Origin: Octopus vulgaris
Lineage: Eukaryota
Assembly: GCA_951406725.2 (NCBI GenBank)
Contig: OX597814.1
Location: 31,496,001 to 31,560,000, forward strand
DNA length: 64,000 nt
Direction: 5' to 3'
Shown here: positions 42,066-53,897 of the stretch, one piece after another
How positions within the stretch are numbered: the stretch's first letter is position 1
Layout: each line of letters begins with the position of its first letter
Notes under the pieces: model-generated
Database searches by the model: none
Seen by the model: only the letters and a program-made list of their open reading frames with translations
Told to the model about the DNA's origin: nothing
Position numbers and translations under genes: made by a program

Positions 42066-42301
42066 AAGGCAACGAGCTGGCAGAAACGTTAGCACGCCGG
42101 GCGAAATGCGTAGCGGTGGTATTTCGTCTGCCGTTACGTTCTGAGTTCAAATTCCGCCGAGGTCGACTTTGCATTTCATCCTTTCGGGGTCGATTAAATA
42201 AGTACCAGTTACGCACTAGGGTCGATATAATCGACTTAATCCGTTTGTCTGTCCTTGTTTGTCCCCTCTGTGTTTAGCCCCTTGTGGGTAGTAAAGAAAT
42301 A
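42066..42301 (+). mobile_element. SINE family B, full length with TSD
   Basis: Head GAGCTGGCAGAAACGTTAGCACGCC, B box GAGTTCAAATTCC, Nin-like core. 15-bp TSD GATATTGTCTCTTTT at 42051-42065 and 42302-42316. Confidence 0.95.
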
Positions 42302-42449
42302 GATATTGTCTCTTTTGGATACTCTCAGAAAGCTCACCACATCCATAGTTCCACTTCCATAGGTCTAGTTGGCCCAGAGATTATAGGCTTTCAACATACA
42401 ATGTGAGTACTCATTCTATGAATAGCCTTAGAAATAGTTTAGTCTTTAG

Positions 42450-42655
42450 TCTTTTACTTGTTTCAGTCATTTGACTGCGGCCATGCTGGAGCACCGCCTT
42501 TAGTCGAGCAAATCGACCCCGAGACTTATTCTTTGTAAGCCCAGTACTTATTCTATCGGTCTGTTTTGCCGAACCGCTAAGTGACGGAGACATAAACACA
42601 CCAGCATAGGTTGTCAAGCAATGCTAGAGGGACAAACACAGACACACAAACATAT

Positions 42656-42720
<65 letters not shown>

Positions 42721-42875
42721 TATGACGGGCTTCTTTCAGTTTCCGTCTACCAAATCCACTCACAAGGCATTGGTCGGCCCGAGGCTATAGAAGAAGACAC
42801 TTGCCCAAGGTGCCACGCAGTGGGACTGAACCCGGAACCATGTGGTTGGTAGGCAAGCTACTTACCACACAGCCA
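42450..42875 (-). mobile_element. SINE family A
   Basis: Near-consensus copy with a long internal (TA)n. Confidence 0.9.
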
Positions 42876-43412
42876 ATCCGTTTATTCGGATTATTTAATA
42901 AATTGGGCTTAAATATAAGATTAAACTAATTGTAGCAAGCATTCTAACGTACCAATTAGAAATAGCGTAGTTTACCGCATGGTATGTCATCCTGGCCACT
43001 GTTTTCTTGCTGAACATTAGGTGTTCCTTTGTGAACAATTCTGTCAAGAATGACGACCACTCATATTCATTAATTTTATTAGTAGCAAAGTGCAGCATGA
43101 AACTGAAGATGTACCAAATATGGGTGACACAGATTCTTGGCAGGGTAAAAGGCATCTCGGTTGAAAATGATTAAATAAAACTTCGGACATATGGTACTAG
43201 ATTTAAGCAGGCAAACAAGTCCATCATTCCCGCTACATAAAAGAAACACCCCGTGCCCTATTGATAGAAGACGTAGAATCGACTTCAGTAACAAGCTAGC
43301 AAATATATATAAGGAGAAACGTGTGGGTTTTACAGAAAACAAAATGTGGAGTAAACAATCTAATTTAATCCACAATATAAATACATTAATCCCAGAAACA
43401 TATATATATATA

Positions 43413-43643
43413 TATTTCTCTATTACCCACAAGAGGCTAAACATAGAGGGGACAAATAAGGACAGACAAACGGATTAAGCCGATTACATCGACCCCAGTG
43501 CGAAACTGGTACTTTATTTATCGACCCCGGAAGGATGAAAGGCAAAGTCGACCTCGGTGGAATTTGAACTCAGAACGTAACGACAGACGAAATACCACAA
43601 AGCATTTCGCCCGGCGTGCTAACGTTTCTGCTAGCTCGCCGCC
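43413..43643 (-). mobile_element. SINE family B, full length
   Basis: Reverse-complement match to 42066-42301. Confidence 0.9.
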
Positions 43644-43650
43644 TTTATAA

Positions 43651-43760
<110 letters not shown>

Positions 43761-43844
43761 GTATATATATATATATACTTGTGTGTGTGTATGTGAGCGT
43801 GTGTGTGTGTCTGTCATCTACTAGATTCTAGCTGGGACATAAAA

Positions 43845-44220
43845 ATTTACTCGAAGTAGGCGATCTCAGCTTTTCCTACAACCTCAAGAAAGCTCTGGAA
43901 CCTGGAGCATGCATTCCTCACTGTGTCACTGGGAAGGTTTGGAAACACCTCCTTGATCTTGACCACCAGTTCGGGCTTCGTGATACCGGCAGTGAGGTTG
44001 GTGTCTTTTACCACTGTGCACCACATATAGTAATCTATGGGAATTACAATCCGGGGAATTAGGAGGCTAGAAACTGGGGCTGGTGGAATTGCAGACATTC
44101 TCCGATAAAACGCTTCAGGCTCTTTTCTGTGATATAGGGAAGAATCAAATTCTGCTGCCGCGCATATGGATTTTTAGAAGCAAATCTCTCCAACCAAGGT
44201 CTTATGACAGTCACCAGCAG
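43845..44220 (-). mobile_element. IS630-Tc1-mariner transposase C-terminal remnant (maT/DD37D-like)
   Basis: The minus strand gives PPNSPDCN(P)IDYYMW...NACSRFQSFLEVVGKAEIAYFE*. Confidence 0.7.
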
Positions 44221-44966
44221 TTATGACATCAGTATTTTGATAATTAGTGCAAATAATCACGATAACAGATTTAGATAGCTTTCCCAATATTTAGATAGCT
44301 TTGTGGTCACCATGTCAGATAACTGCTACGCTTTTAGTGTTTATATTCTCGAATACCGTTGACAGTTTACCAACATCTCAAATATTCCTGAAGAAGGAAA
44401 CATAAAAATAGTCACACTTAGCCCGAGCACAGTGTATATACGTGTATTTTTTCTCTGTGTGTTATGTGTGTGCGCGTGCGAGCAGACCTGGATATGTAGA
44501 TATAAAAGCAATGGATGACCTCTGAAAATCCACTGTGGCCAACAAATGCTTTGGAACAACGAAGGCTAATGAAGATATCTTAACATCCGCGATTAATCCT
44601 TTATTTATTGAAATTACCTTCGAATCCGGAGAGAGTAGACCAATCGTTTGGCATTTATCACGATTTCCAAATGAGAAAGCGAGATAAATTGTAGGAAAAA
44701 TTGTCCAAAATTGGCAGCCACAAATGAAAAGATTGTCTGATTGTCTGAAATGAAGAGAAGAGCTTCAGAAATATGTTTGTCTGTCGATAAATGCTATCAG
44801 CATAGTATTGTCCAGTATTGTAATCAGATAACGGGAAACTTTGCGAGATATAAAGAGTGGGATTTATAAATTGCTCTTTATATTCGAAAATGTATGCTTT
44901 TTTAAGAATAAATATACATAATACGAATACATACCTACGTAAGCAGGTTTAAGTAAGATATATTTG

Positions 44967-45557
44967 AAGGTGCCGAACCGACAGAAACGTCAGCACGCCG
45001 CGCGAAATGCTTAGCGGTATTTCGTCTGCCGTTACGTTCTGAGTTCAAATTCCGCCGAGGTCGACTTTTCATCCTTTCGGGGTCGATTAAAAAAGTACCA
45101 GTAACGCACTGAGGTCGATATAATCGACTTAATCCGTTTGTCTGTCCTTGTTTGTGCTCTCTGTGTTTAGCCCCAAGTGAGTAGTGAAGAAATAGGTATT
45201 TCGTCTGCCGCTACGTTCTGAGTTCAAATTCCGCCGAGGTCGACTTTTCATCCTTTCGGGGTCGATTAAAAAAGTACCAGTAACGCACTGAGGTCGATAT
45301 AATCGACTTAATCCGTTTGTCTGTCCTTGTTTGTGCTCTCTGTGTTTAGCCCCAAGTGAGTAGTGAAGAAATAGGTATTTCGTCTGCCGCTACGTTCTGA
45401 GTTCAAATTCCGCCGAGGTCGACTTTGCCTTTCATCCTTTCGGGGTCGATTAAATAAGTACAAGATACGCACTGGAGTCGATATAATCGACTTGATCCAT
45501 TTGTCTGTCCTTGTTTGTCCCCTCTGTATTTAGCCCCTTGTGGGTAGTAAAGGAACG
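44967..45557 (+). mobile_element. SINE family B trimer (179-bp period)
   Basis: GGTATTTCGTCTGCC recurs at 45016, 45195 and 45374. A 13-bp flanking duplication TTAAGTAAGATAT is at 44949 and 45558. Confidence 0.9.
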
Positions 45558-45605
45558 TTAAGTAAGATATGATCAATTATTTGCATTTGCACCAGTATCT
45601 CTCTT

Positions 45606-45654
<49 letters not shown>

Positions 45655-46006
45655 TTAGATGCATATAAATATTTGAATATATACATATATAAATATGTAT
45701 GCATGTATGTATATATATTTATGCACACACACCTACACATATACTATATATAGAGAGATAGATAGATATCTGTGTGTGGACATTATACGTATACACATAT
45801 AGATATATACACGCATATTGGTGATTATATATATTTTAAACGCAAATATCTTTGCTGGTAGTACACAGGATAATAAATATATTCGTAAGAGATCTAAATT
45901 CACCAGTAGCAAACGTAGATCTAACTATTTATGAACACGCCTACACACACCTTTATACATATATATGCACACACACAGACTCAACACACGCACATATACA
46001 CACACG

Positions 46007-46037
<31 letters not shown>

Positions 46038-46259
46038 CTGTGTGTGTGTGTATACTAATATATTCATATGCCCTGTACAGAACTGTCCAAAATTGGCGCG
46101 TAAGCGCCTTGTTCAATCTGACAGTTTTAGCCTGTGCCGTTGCGGATAACCGAATTTAATTATTTATATTCCACTTCCGGTGTTGAGTACTTCATCTTCC
46201 GTTCGATACCATTCGCGTACATATATACATATACATACATATCTCTCTCACTCTTTCTC

Positions 46260-46332
<73 letters not shown>

Positions 46333-47001
46333 GCATGTATATATATATGTATATATAATATATATACACATATTTCTCTCTCTCTCTGTATATATATATA
46401 TATATGTGCATATATATGTATATATATACGTATATGTATATATATATATATATATATACACATATGTATATACATATGTATGTGTGTGTATGTATAAGCA
46501 CATATTGACATATATTTATATATATATATTCATATATGTATATTACGTAAATACATATATACATACACACACACACAAGCAAACATACGCACATGCACAT
46601 AAAGTGAGACATATGAAGGTGATTATATTCGTGCAAAAAATAATACATACATGTATACGCACACACATGTATATATACATATATATATATATATATTTAT
46701 GAGTTTGTGTGTATTGACATTCGGGACGTTCATAATAATCTTACAGATATATGTATTCATATATCGGTACGTATATAAATTCGCACGCTGTAAAACAATG
46801 CAAGATATAAGTACGGATGGTTTGTATATGTTTATATACCAATATTTCAAAACAGGAATAAAGAATAAAGAAATATATATTTCAAAACAGGGACATATGG
46901 ATGTACATATGAAACGACTTGGCTGCAACCTCATACTTACCTATAGACGTACACATATATGCATTCATATATGTAGATATACATAGAGGCATAAGTGATA
47001 T

Positions 47002-47293
47002 GTGTGGAGGTGTAATGGCCCAGTGGTTAGAGCAGCGGACTCGCGGTTGTAGGATCACTGTTTCGATTCCCAGGCCGTGCGTTTTGAGTGTTTATTGGGC
47101 GAAAACACCTAAAGCTCAATGAGGCTCCGGCAGGGGGATGCTGGCGATCCCTGCTGTACTCTTTCTTTTGTTGGCCTGCTTGCTTAGCCAGTGGGGTGGC
47201 GTCATTTGAAGGCTAAAACAATGCGACACGCATTGTGACCAGCGATGTGTAGCAACGTCTGATAGACTGGTCGGTCACGGTGATCACGGTGAT
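47002..47293 (+). mobile_element. SINE with family C head and a different 3' tail
   Basis: Head and body match 34095-34243 up to CTGTACTCTTTC. An unrelated tail follows, ending GTCACGGTGATCACGGTGATA. Confidence 0.8.
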
Positions 47294-47323
47294 AAGTGAT
47301 ACGTATATGTATACATACATATA

Positions 47324-47485
47324 GGCGCAGGTGTGGCTGTGTGGTAAGTAGCTTGTTTACCAACCACATGGTTCCGGGTTCAGTCCCACTGCGTGGCACC
47401 TTGGGCAAGTGTCTTCTACTATAGCCTCGGGCCGACCAAAGCCTTATGAGTGGATTTGGTAGACGGAAACTGAAAGAAGCCCGTC

Positions 47486-47554
<69 letters not shown>

Positions 47555-47779
47555 TGTGTGTGTGTTTGTGTGTGTGTGTTTGTCCCCCTAGCATTGCTTG
47601 ACAACTGATGCTGGTGTGTTTATGTCCCCGTCACTTAGCGGTTCGGCAAAAGAGACCGATAGAATAAGTACTGGGCTTACAAAAGAATAAGTCCCGGGGT
47701 CGAGTTGCTCGATTAAAGGCGGTGCCCCAGCATGGCCGCAGTCAAATGACTGAAACAAGTAAACGATAAACGATAAACG
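47324..47779 (+). mobile_element. SINE family A, full length
   Basis: Near-consensus copy with internal (TA)n(TG)n and tail repeat TAAACGA. Confidence 0.9.
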
Positions 47780-47839
47780 ATGCATACACGCCCACACATA
47801 CATATGTGCAAATATACACATACACACACACACACACAA

Positions 47840-47872
<33 letters not shown>

Positions 47873-47904
47873 TATACATACATATACGTATATATATATA
47901 TGAA

Positions 47905-47953
<49 letters not shown>

Positions 47954-48172
47954 CAGTGCTTTTCAAACTTTTTGCTGGAGCGGAACCCCAAGGAAACATT
48001 CCACTGGCTCGATGAACACCTGTGCAATAATTTAATAGTCTTATGCACACATATATGCACAGGAGAATTAAAAATTACTGCCGATTTTAGCAGTTTTGTA
48101 ACTTCTTGCAGAACCCCTGGACTGTGCTGCCGGAACCCTAAGGTTCCACGGAACCCTGGTTGAAAACCACTG
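47954..48172. mobile_element. hAT (Charlie-like) MITE, 219 bp
   Basis: TIRs CAGTGCTTTTCAA / TTGAAAACCACTG, internal GGAACCC repeats, and 8-bp ATATATAT on both sides. Confidence 0.85.
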
Positions 48173-48753
48173 ATATATATATATACATATACATATATAT
48201 ACATATATATTTATCTATGTATATGTATGTATTTTCATACATACATACGCTCATACATATATACATACGTTTGTTTTTTAAGTGCTTTGGTTTTACTGAT
48301 ATCGCCCTTTTAAGTAGAAAGAATAGCCAAAAGTTTTTGACTGCTATTTCTAAATTCGGTATATGGTGAGGCAAATCGTTGCTGAACCCTTAATTAATTA
48401 GTATTACTTAAACCTTCCTTGAATGGGTCTTTTACATGCCGAACTCTACTTGGTGAAATTAATGATTATTTCTAAATTAATTAATTTCACCCTATATTAT
48501 TGATAACTGTATTTCATCCCAGTAAAAAACCGTAGCATCTTATTTTGGCAGCACGCTGGCGGAAGTGGGAAGGTGATTTACTTTCATTCACCCTTTGAAT
48601 TCGTTGGTACTGGTAAGGCTCACGTTCGCTCTGATACCATGAGTTGAGGTGATGTCTTCTAGTGCCTTCAAATTTAATACACAATTATTAATAATTGAGA
48701 CACAATTATTTATAATTGAAGAATCCTACGCTGAGGAGGAAAATAGTCAGGTA

Positions 48754-50041
48754 CGAGGGGCGTTCAATAAGTAATGCCCCTAACCCACTTGCATTTATTT
48801 GATCTAGCTGAAAATTTACATGTGCAATTATTTATATCTCTATGGATTAAGTGGCAAATTACAGCTCTGAACTTATTGTGGTTTCCGATTTACAGGTGTT
48901 TGAACTGAGTCAAGTGTGAAATGGAGCATGTTGAGTGTCGAGCAGTGATCCGGTTTTTGTATTTGAAAGGACGCACACCACGGGAGACTTTTGATGAAAT
49001 GAAAGTAACTTATGGTGATGATGCCCCATCATATGACCTTGTAAAACGCTGGCATCGTGAATTCAAACATGGTCGGAACTCTGTGGAAATAGCTCCCAGA
49101 TCTGGTCGCCCCCTTCTGCCATTGATGAGGCATCTGTCTGTCAAGTTGAGGCTGCCATTTTGGAAGATCGATGCATAACTATTCGCCAAATAGCCCATGA
49201 GGTCAAGATTAGTATCGGGTCTGTGGAAACAATCATTCATGACCATTTGCATATGCAAAAGGTGTCTGCCAGATGGATTCCCAGGTTGCTCACACCTTTC
49301 TAGAAGCAAGAACGCATCGATTGCTCGAGGATGAATTTGGAGATGTGCCAAGATGAGTCAAAATTTTTCAAAAGACTGATTACACAGGATGAAACCTGGG
49401 TCCATCACTATGATCCAGAGACCAAAGCCCAGTCAATGCAGTGGAAGCACCGTGACTCACCTCCTCCAAAGAAGGCAAGGGTGCAGCCCTCCGCTGGCAA
49501 GGTCATGCTTACAGTCTTCTGGGACCAGGACGGAGTAGTGAAGACAGATTTCCTGGCAAAGGGTGCCACAATTACAGGAGTCTATTATGCTTCAATTTTG
49601 AGGAAATTAAGAGAAGCTATCAAAATCAAGAGGCGGGGCAAGATCAGCAAAGGCATCCTCCTCTTGCAGGACAACGCTCCGATCCACAACTCGCGTTCCG
49701 CCAGATCAGAAGCACAGGCGTGCGGCTATGAACTCATCCCCCATCCCCCTACTCTCTTGACCTTGCACCCTCTGATTTTCACCTCTTCCCAGCCATGAAG
49801 TTGTTTTTGAAAGGAAAGCGTTTCCCAGATGATGCAGCCTTGATTTCTGAAGTCACGTCGTGATTGGAGGACCAAGCTGGGGTCTTCTACAAAAACGGTC
49901 TTCAGAGCCGCATCAAACAATGGGAGAAATGCGTAACTCTGGGTGGTTCCTCTGTAGAAAAAGACTAATAACTGTTCCAAGTTTCGTTGCTCTACTGCTA
50001 TGGGAAGTGGGTCAGGGGCATTACTTATTGAACGCCCCTCG
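48754..50041 (+). mobile_element. Full-length mariner (DD34D, probably irritans-like), 1288 bp
   Basis: 28-bp perfect TIR CGAGGGGCGTTCAATAAGTAATGCCCCT, with TA duplication at 48752-53 and 50042-43. Confidence 0.97.
48921..49968 (+). pseudogene. Mariner transposase pseudogene
   Basis: Translates as MEHVECRAVIRFL..., WIPRLL, TQDETWVHHYDPE, LQDNAP and YSLDLAPSDF. Frameshifts near 49115 and 49750; in-frame stops near 49301 and 49861. Confidence 0.95.
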
Positions 50042-50569
50042 TAAGACATAATTATTTAATTTTTATGCTCTGAATTGATTTGATTCCGAAACGTACGTCC
50101 GTAGGTAACTTAATATAGAATGATTTCCGTCATTTCTTTCTCTTTTGCCTGCGTCGTTTGTTTTTTAAGTGCTTTGGTTTTACTGGGATCGCCCTTTTAA
50201 GTAGAAAGAATAGCCAAAACTTTTTGACTGCTATTTCTAAATTCGGTATGTAGTGAGGCAAATCGTTGCTGAACCCTTAATTAATTAGTATATACATACA
50301 TACATGCATACATGCATACATGCATGTACTATCAAAAGTCTAGAAAAAGAAAAAAAAATATGGCGAATCAATGCGGAATTTCCAGTTCTTGTAAGTTACA
50401 TATCAATGTCTTGCTTATATACACTTTTAAGCGAATTCTACCTGAGTACCTGTCCAGCGAGCCATGTAGATGTTCAGACAAGATAGGGTTTGGATGCTAT
50501 CTGTCTGCAATAAATCTTAAAATGACTTGTAAATGATATTTATGTTTGAGAAAGAACCTGCTTCGTGGC

Positions 50570-51330
50570 ATTACAAAATAGGGTCACTGTTTGAAGAAGA
50601 CAGCCCACTAAGTGCATACCCCCGGTGTATAAGTTAAGTGCTAAATAAACAATTCCAAATTGCCTTTACTTCTCTACTAGGAAATATGCAAACAAACAAG
50701 TTTAATGGGTTCTTCAAAACCGCAGATCTACATGGGCAAGAAGTAACCGTCGATTACATCGACATAAAGTAGGAAGATGTAATAGCAGCCATTGATGAGG
50801 CGAAGTCTGGCTCTTCTTTTAACGATATGCAAGAAAGCTCTCGCAAAACTACTACAGAAAAGATTGCCAGAGCTTACTTAGTTGTGCTAAACTTCCCAAA
50901 GCGCAAAAAAATTGTTGTAATATAGAGGAAGCAAAGATGCTACAAATTACAAGTTTATCTCTGTGACCTCACCCGTCAGTATGGTCGTAGAATGCATTGT
51001 TACAAGAAGGCTGATCACGTACCTGGATAAAATAACATGGCTTCTGTCCAACGAGGAGCTGCCTCACACAATTACTACTGCAATATGATCGGAAGCTGAA
51101 ACTACCGCACAACCACTCAAATAATGATGTGAATTTGCCTCCGAAAATGTTAATTATAGAATTACATGCTACAATTTGCGTGACACTAGTATCGCTACAA
51201 AAATGAGAGTGGATGCCTGGCTTTTTAAAAGACAGAAGTCAGACAGTTTTAGCCGAAGTTGCTCTCTGCGGGGAGACGTCAATTCTCGGCAGAGTCCCCA
51301 AGGTACTGTACTGCGGTCACTACTGCGTAA
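50570..51330 (+). mobile_element. Highly decayed CR1-group LINE RT fragment
   Basis: Remnants of NY..ISVTS, HGFCPTRSCLTQLL and a ..SPQGTVLRSLL motif. Confidence 0.65.
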
Positions 51331-51349
51331 TGATGCAATAGTGCATGTT

Positions 51350-51668
51350 ACTCTTATACTCTTTTACTTGTTTCAGTCATGTGACTGTGGCCATGCTGGA
51401 GCACCGCCTTTAATCGAGCAAGTCGATCCCAGGACTTATTTTTTGTAAGCCTAGCACTTATTCTATCGGATCTCTTTTGCTGAACCGCTAACTTACTGGG
51501 ACGTAAACACACCAGCATCGGTTGTCAAGTGAATGTTGGGGGGACAAATACAGACACACAAACATACACACACATATATATATACATATATACGACAGGC
51601 GTCTTTCAGTTTCCTTCTACCAAATCCACTCACAAGGCTTTGGTCGGCCCGAGGCTATAGTAGAAGAA
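51350..51668 (-). mobile_element. SINE family A, head truncated
   Basis: Matches the family A tail and body. Confidence 0.85.
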
Positions 51669-51669
51669 A

Positions 51670-53330
51670 ATGCTGTCCTTCTAAGATGTGTTTCCTTATA
51701 TGCGCATGCGTTTGTGCCCTTGTTTGGGTGTTTGTATGTGTATGTTTGTATGCTTGTGTGTGTGTCATAGTATTTCGCAGCAGTATGGCTTTTCCCTCAG
51801 CCTCATCCTCTCACCCCTTTGTGCTGCGGCTCTCCTAACACCCGAAAAGAATATGGTACAGTTCTTGTATTCCTCTGTGTATGTGGGTTCGCCCACGTTT
51901 TTGCCATCGTGGTAGTTGTTGTTTTTGTTGTTGTTGTTGTTGTTATTGCTATCGTTGGCATAGCCGCTGTTGCTGACCGTTGTAGTTGTGTTGTGGACAT
52001 CGTTATGGCCGTCCATGAAGTTTCATGCGTGCGTGTCTGTGTGTGTCTGTGTATATGTTCGCGTTGTATGTATCCATGCACTTTATATAGTTTCATTTAT
52101 TTATTTTCTCTATCTGTCTTACAACTATCACAGGTATGTTGCATATATATCTATATATTTATTTATCTGTTTATATATTTATTTATTTACTTTTTTGATA
52201 CACCAGTCTCTATTTCTCATGAGTATCACAGGTAAGTGCATATATGTTTATTATGTGTGTATGCTTCTCTGTATTATTTACGGTTTTTTCTCTTTCCCTC
52301 TCTCTTCACATCCCTACTGTATTTAGTCGTGTGGTGTGGCGTGGTGGTGAGTGTTACTATTCCATTCATGTTTTCTATTGAGGCTCGGTCTATCTAGTGT
52401 TATCTGTGTAGCTGCTGTAATCTAAGTGTCGTGTCAGTTCTATGTTTCGATAGTACTTTAACATCTATAGCATTAATCGAGCCTCCACGTTCTGCCTGAG
52501 CATGTTGGTAGGGCACTGACGAGCTTTTTCGTTCTTTGTGCTCTTGCCAATGTCCACCTCTAAGCTCTCCTATGCTGCGTGCAGTATCTCCTATGTATGG
52601 AGATGTCATGTTTCTGCACCGTCCCTCAGTACATCGTAAGCTATAACTGCATTCCTAACCTTACTGTATTAACCCACAGGATAACAATTGTACTCTCTAC
52701 AGGGAGACTTATCATATGGCTAGGTATTGCAGATCAGAGATTTTAAAGGGACACCAGACCTTTCTATTAATTTAACTCGTAGATTCGGCTTACGTAATGT
52801 AATTCTAAAAAGGTGTGCTAGTTCGCCGCCAGGGGTAGCTTCAACGAATATCACACTTTGGTATTTTTTACAGTCATATCAAGTATTGGCCTTATTTATC
52901 GTATTACTGTACCGCGAGCAGATCCCCTTACCATCACTCTCTATGATAGCTTTGTACTTATTCCTCGTCCCTTTGTACACTCTAAGTCCGTCCTTTTGAT
53001 TGTGGCCAGAGAACTGTATGCGGTGGCAACAGAGTGGACGAACATACATACACAGGGGAATACAGGAACTGTAGAATTTGTTTTTTCGGGTCTTAGGTCA
53101 GCAGCAGCAAAGTGGGGTGTGAGGATGGGACCGACAGGAAGGCCACACTGCTGCTAAAACAATGATACATACACAAGCATACACTCACATACACACAAAC
53201 AAGGACACAATAACATGCGCACGTAAGGATACACATTTTAGAAGAACAGAAGTCACAGCTGTGTGATGAAAGATTTCTGGATAATGGACATGAGTTACAA
53301 TAATAAAATAAGAGCAGTGAATAATACACA
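51670..53330 (-). mobile_element. Old Penelope-like remnant (GIY-YIG) between diverged inverted pLTRs
   Basis: Minus ORF 52400-52609 contains PYIGDTARS...EH. Segments 51675-51910 and 53020-53245 are diverged reverse complements. Confidence 0.65.
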
Positions 53331-53828
53331 CACACACACACACACATATGTGTGTGTGTGTGTGTGTGTGTGTGTACAGGACGTCATCAACAGTAAACAG
53401 CATGAAATACGAAAACAAATGAGCTCAATACGTAAACGAGAGAAACAAAAGGGAAACAGGACAAGTAACACAATGAACAACCCTTCATTAGTTGTCGGGT
53501 GACTATCTACTCCTCATTTTGAGCATTGAACGACAGTATGACTCTTCGAAGGAAGTTGCTCTTATTACTACTAAAATAAAATTTAGGATTTATGGAGGCT
53601 CAAAGTTGGGAATAAAAACAGGACAGTGGAGACATACAAGGAAACCAAACGAAAACAAGCATGGAGGGTCGTTAGACCATAACAAGGGCAAAATATCAAA
53701 CGCTGGAGAAATATTTTCTTTGAAAACAGAAAAGACAGAAAAGGGAGATAGAATATGTCCAGTCCTTATGACAGACCTAGAGATGATCGCTTGAGGAACA
53801 TATATGTATACATACATACATACATGTC

Positions 53829-53873
<45 letters not shown>

Positions 53874-53897
53874 GTGTGTGTGATTGTGTATAGAAGA

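Larger units (their letters stand above)
48725..50105 (+). ncRNA. Type I hammerhead ribozyme split in loop II by the mariner
   Basis: CCTACG-CTGAGGA-GGAA...[mariner]...TTCC-GAAA-CGTACG-TC-CGTAGG: 6-bp stem I, complete core, palindromic stem III, GUC site at 50097-50099. Confidence 0.85.
48268..50291 (+). mobile_element. Non-coding hammerhead-bearing retroelement (retrozyme or non-autonomous PLE), interrupted by mariner
   Basis: 137-bp direct repeats at 48268-48404 and 50155-50291 (5 differences). Hammerhead halves at 48725-48741 and 50084-50105. Flanked by (CATA)-type microsatellite. Confidence 0.75.

Noticed and set aside
42895-43400. Non-repetitive ORFs of 86-121 aa on both strands
   Set aside because: No recognisable motif or splice structure; probably an unclassified TE remnant.
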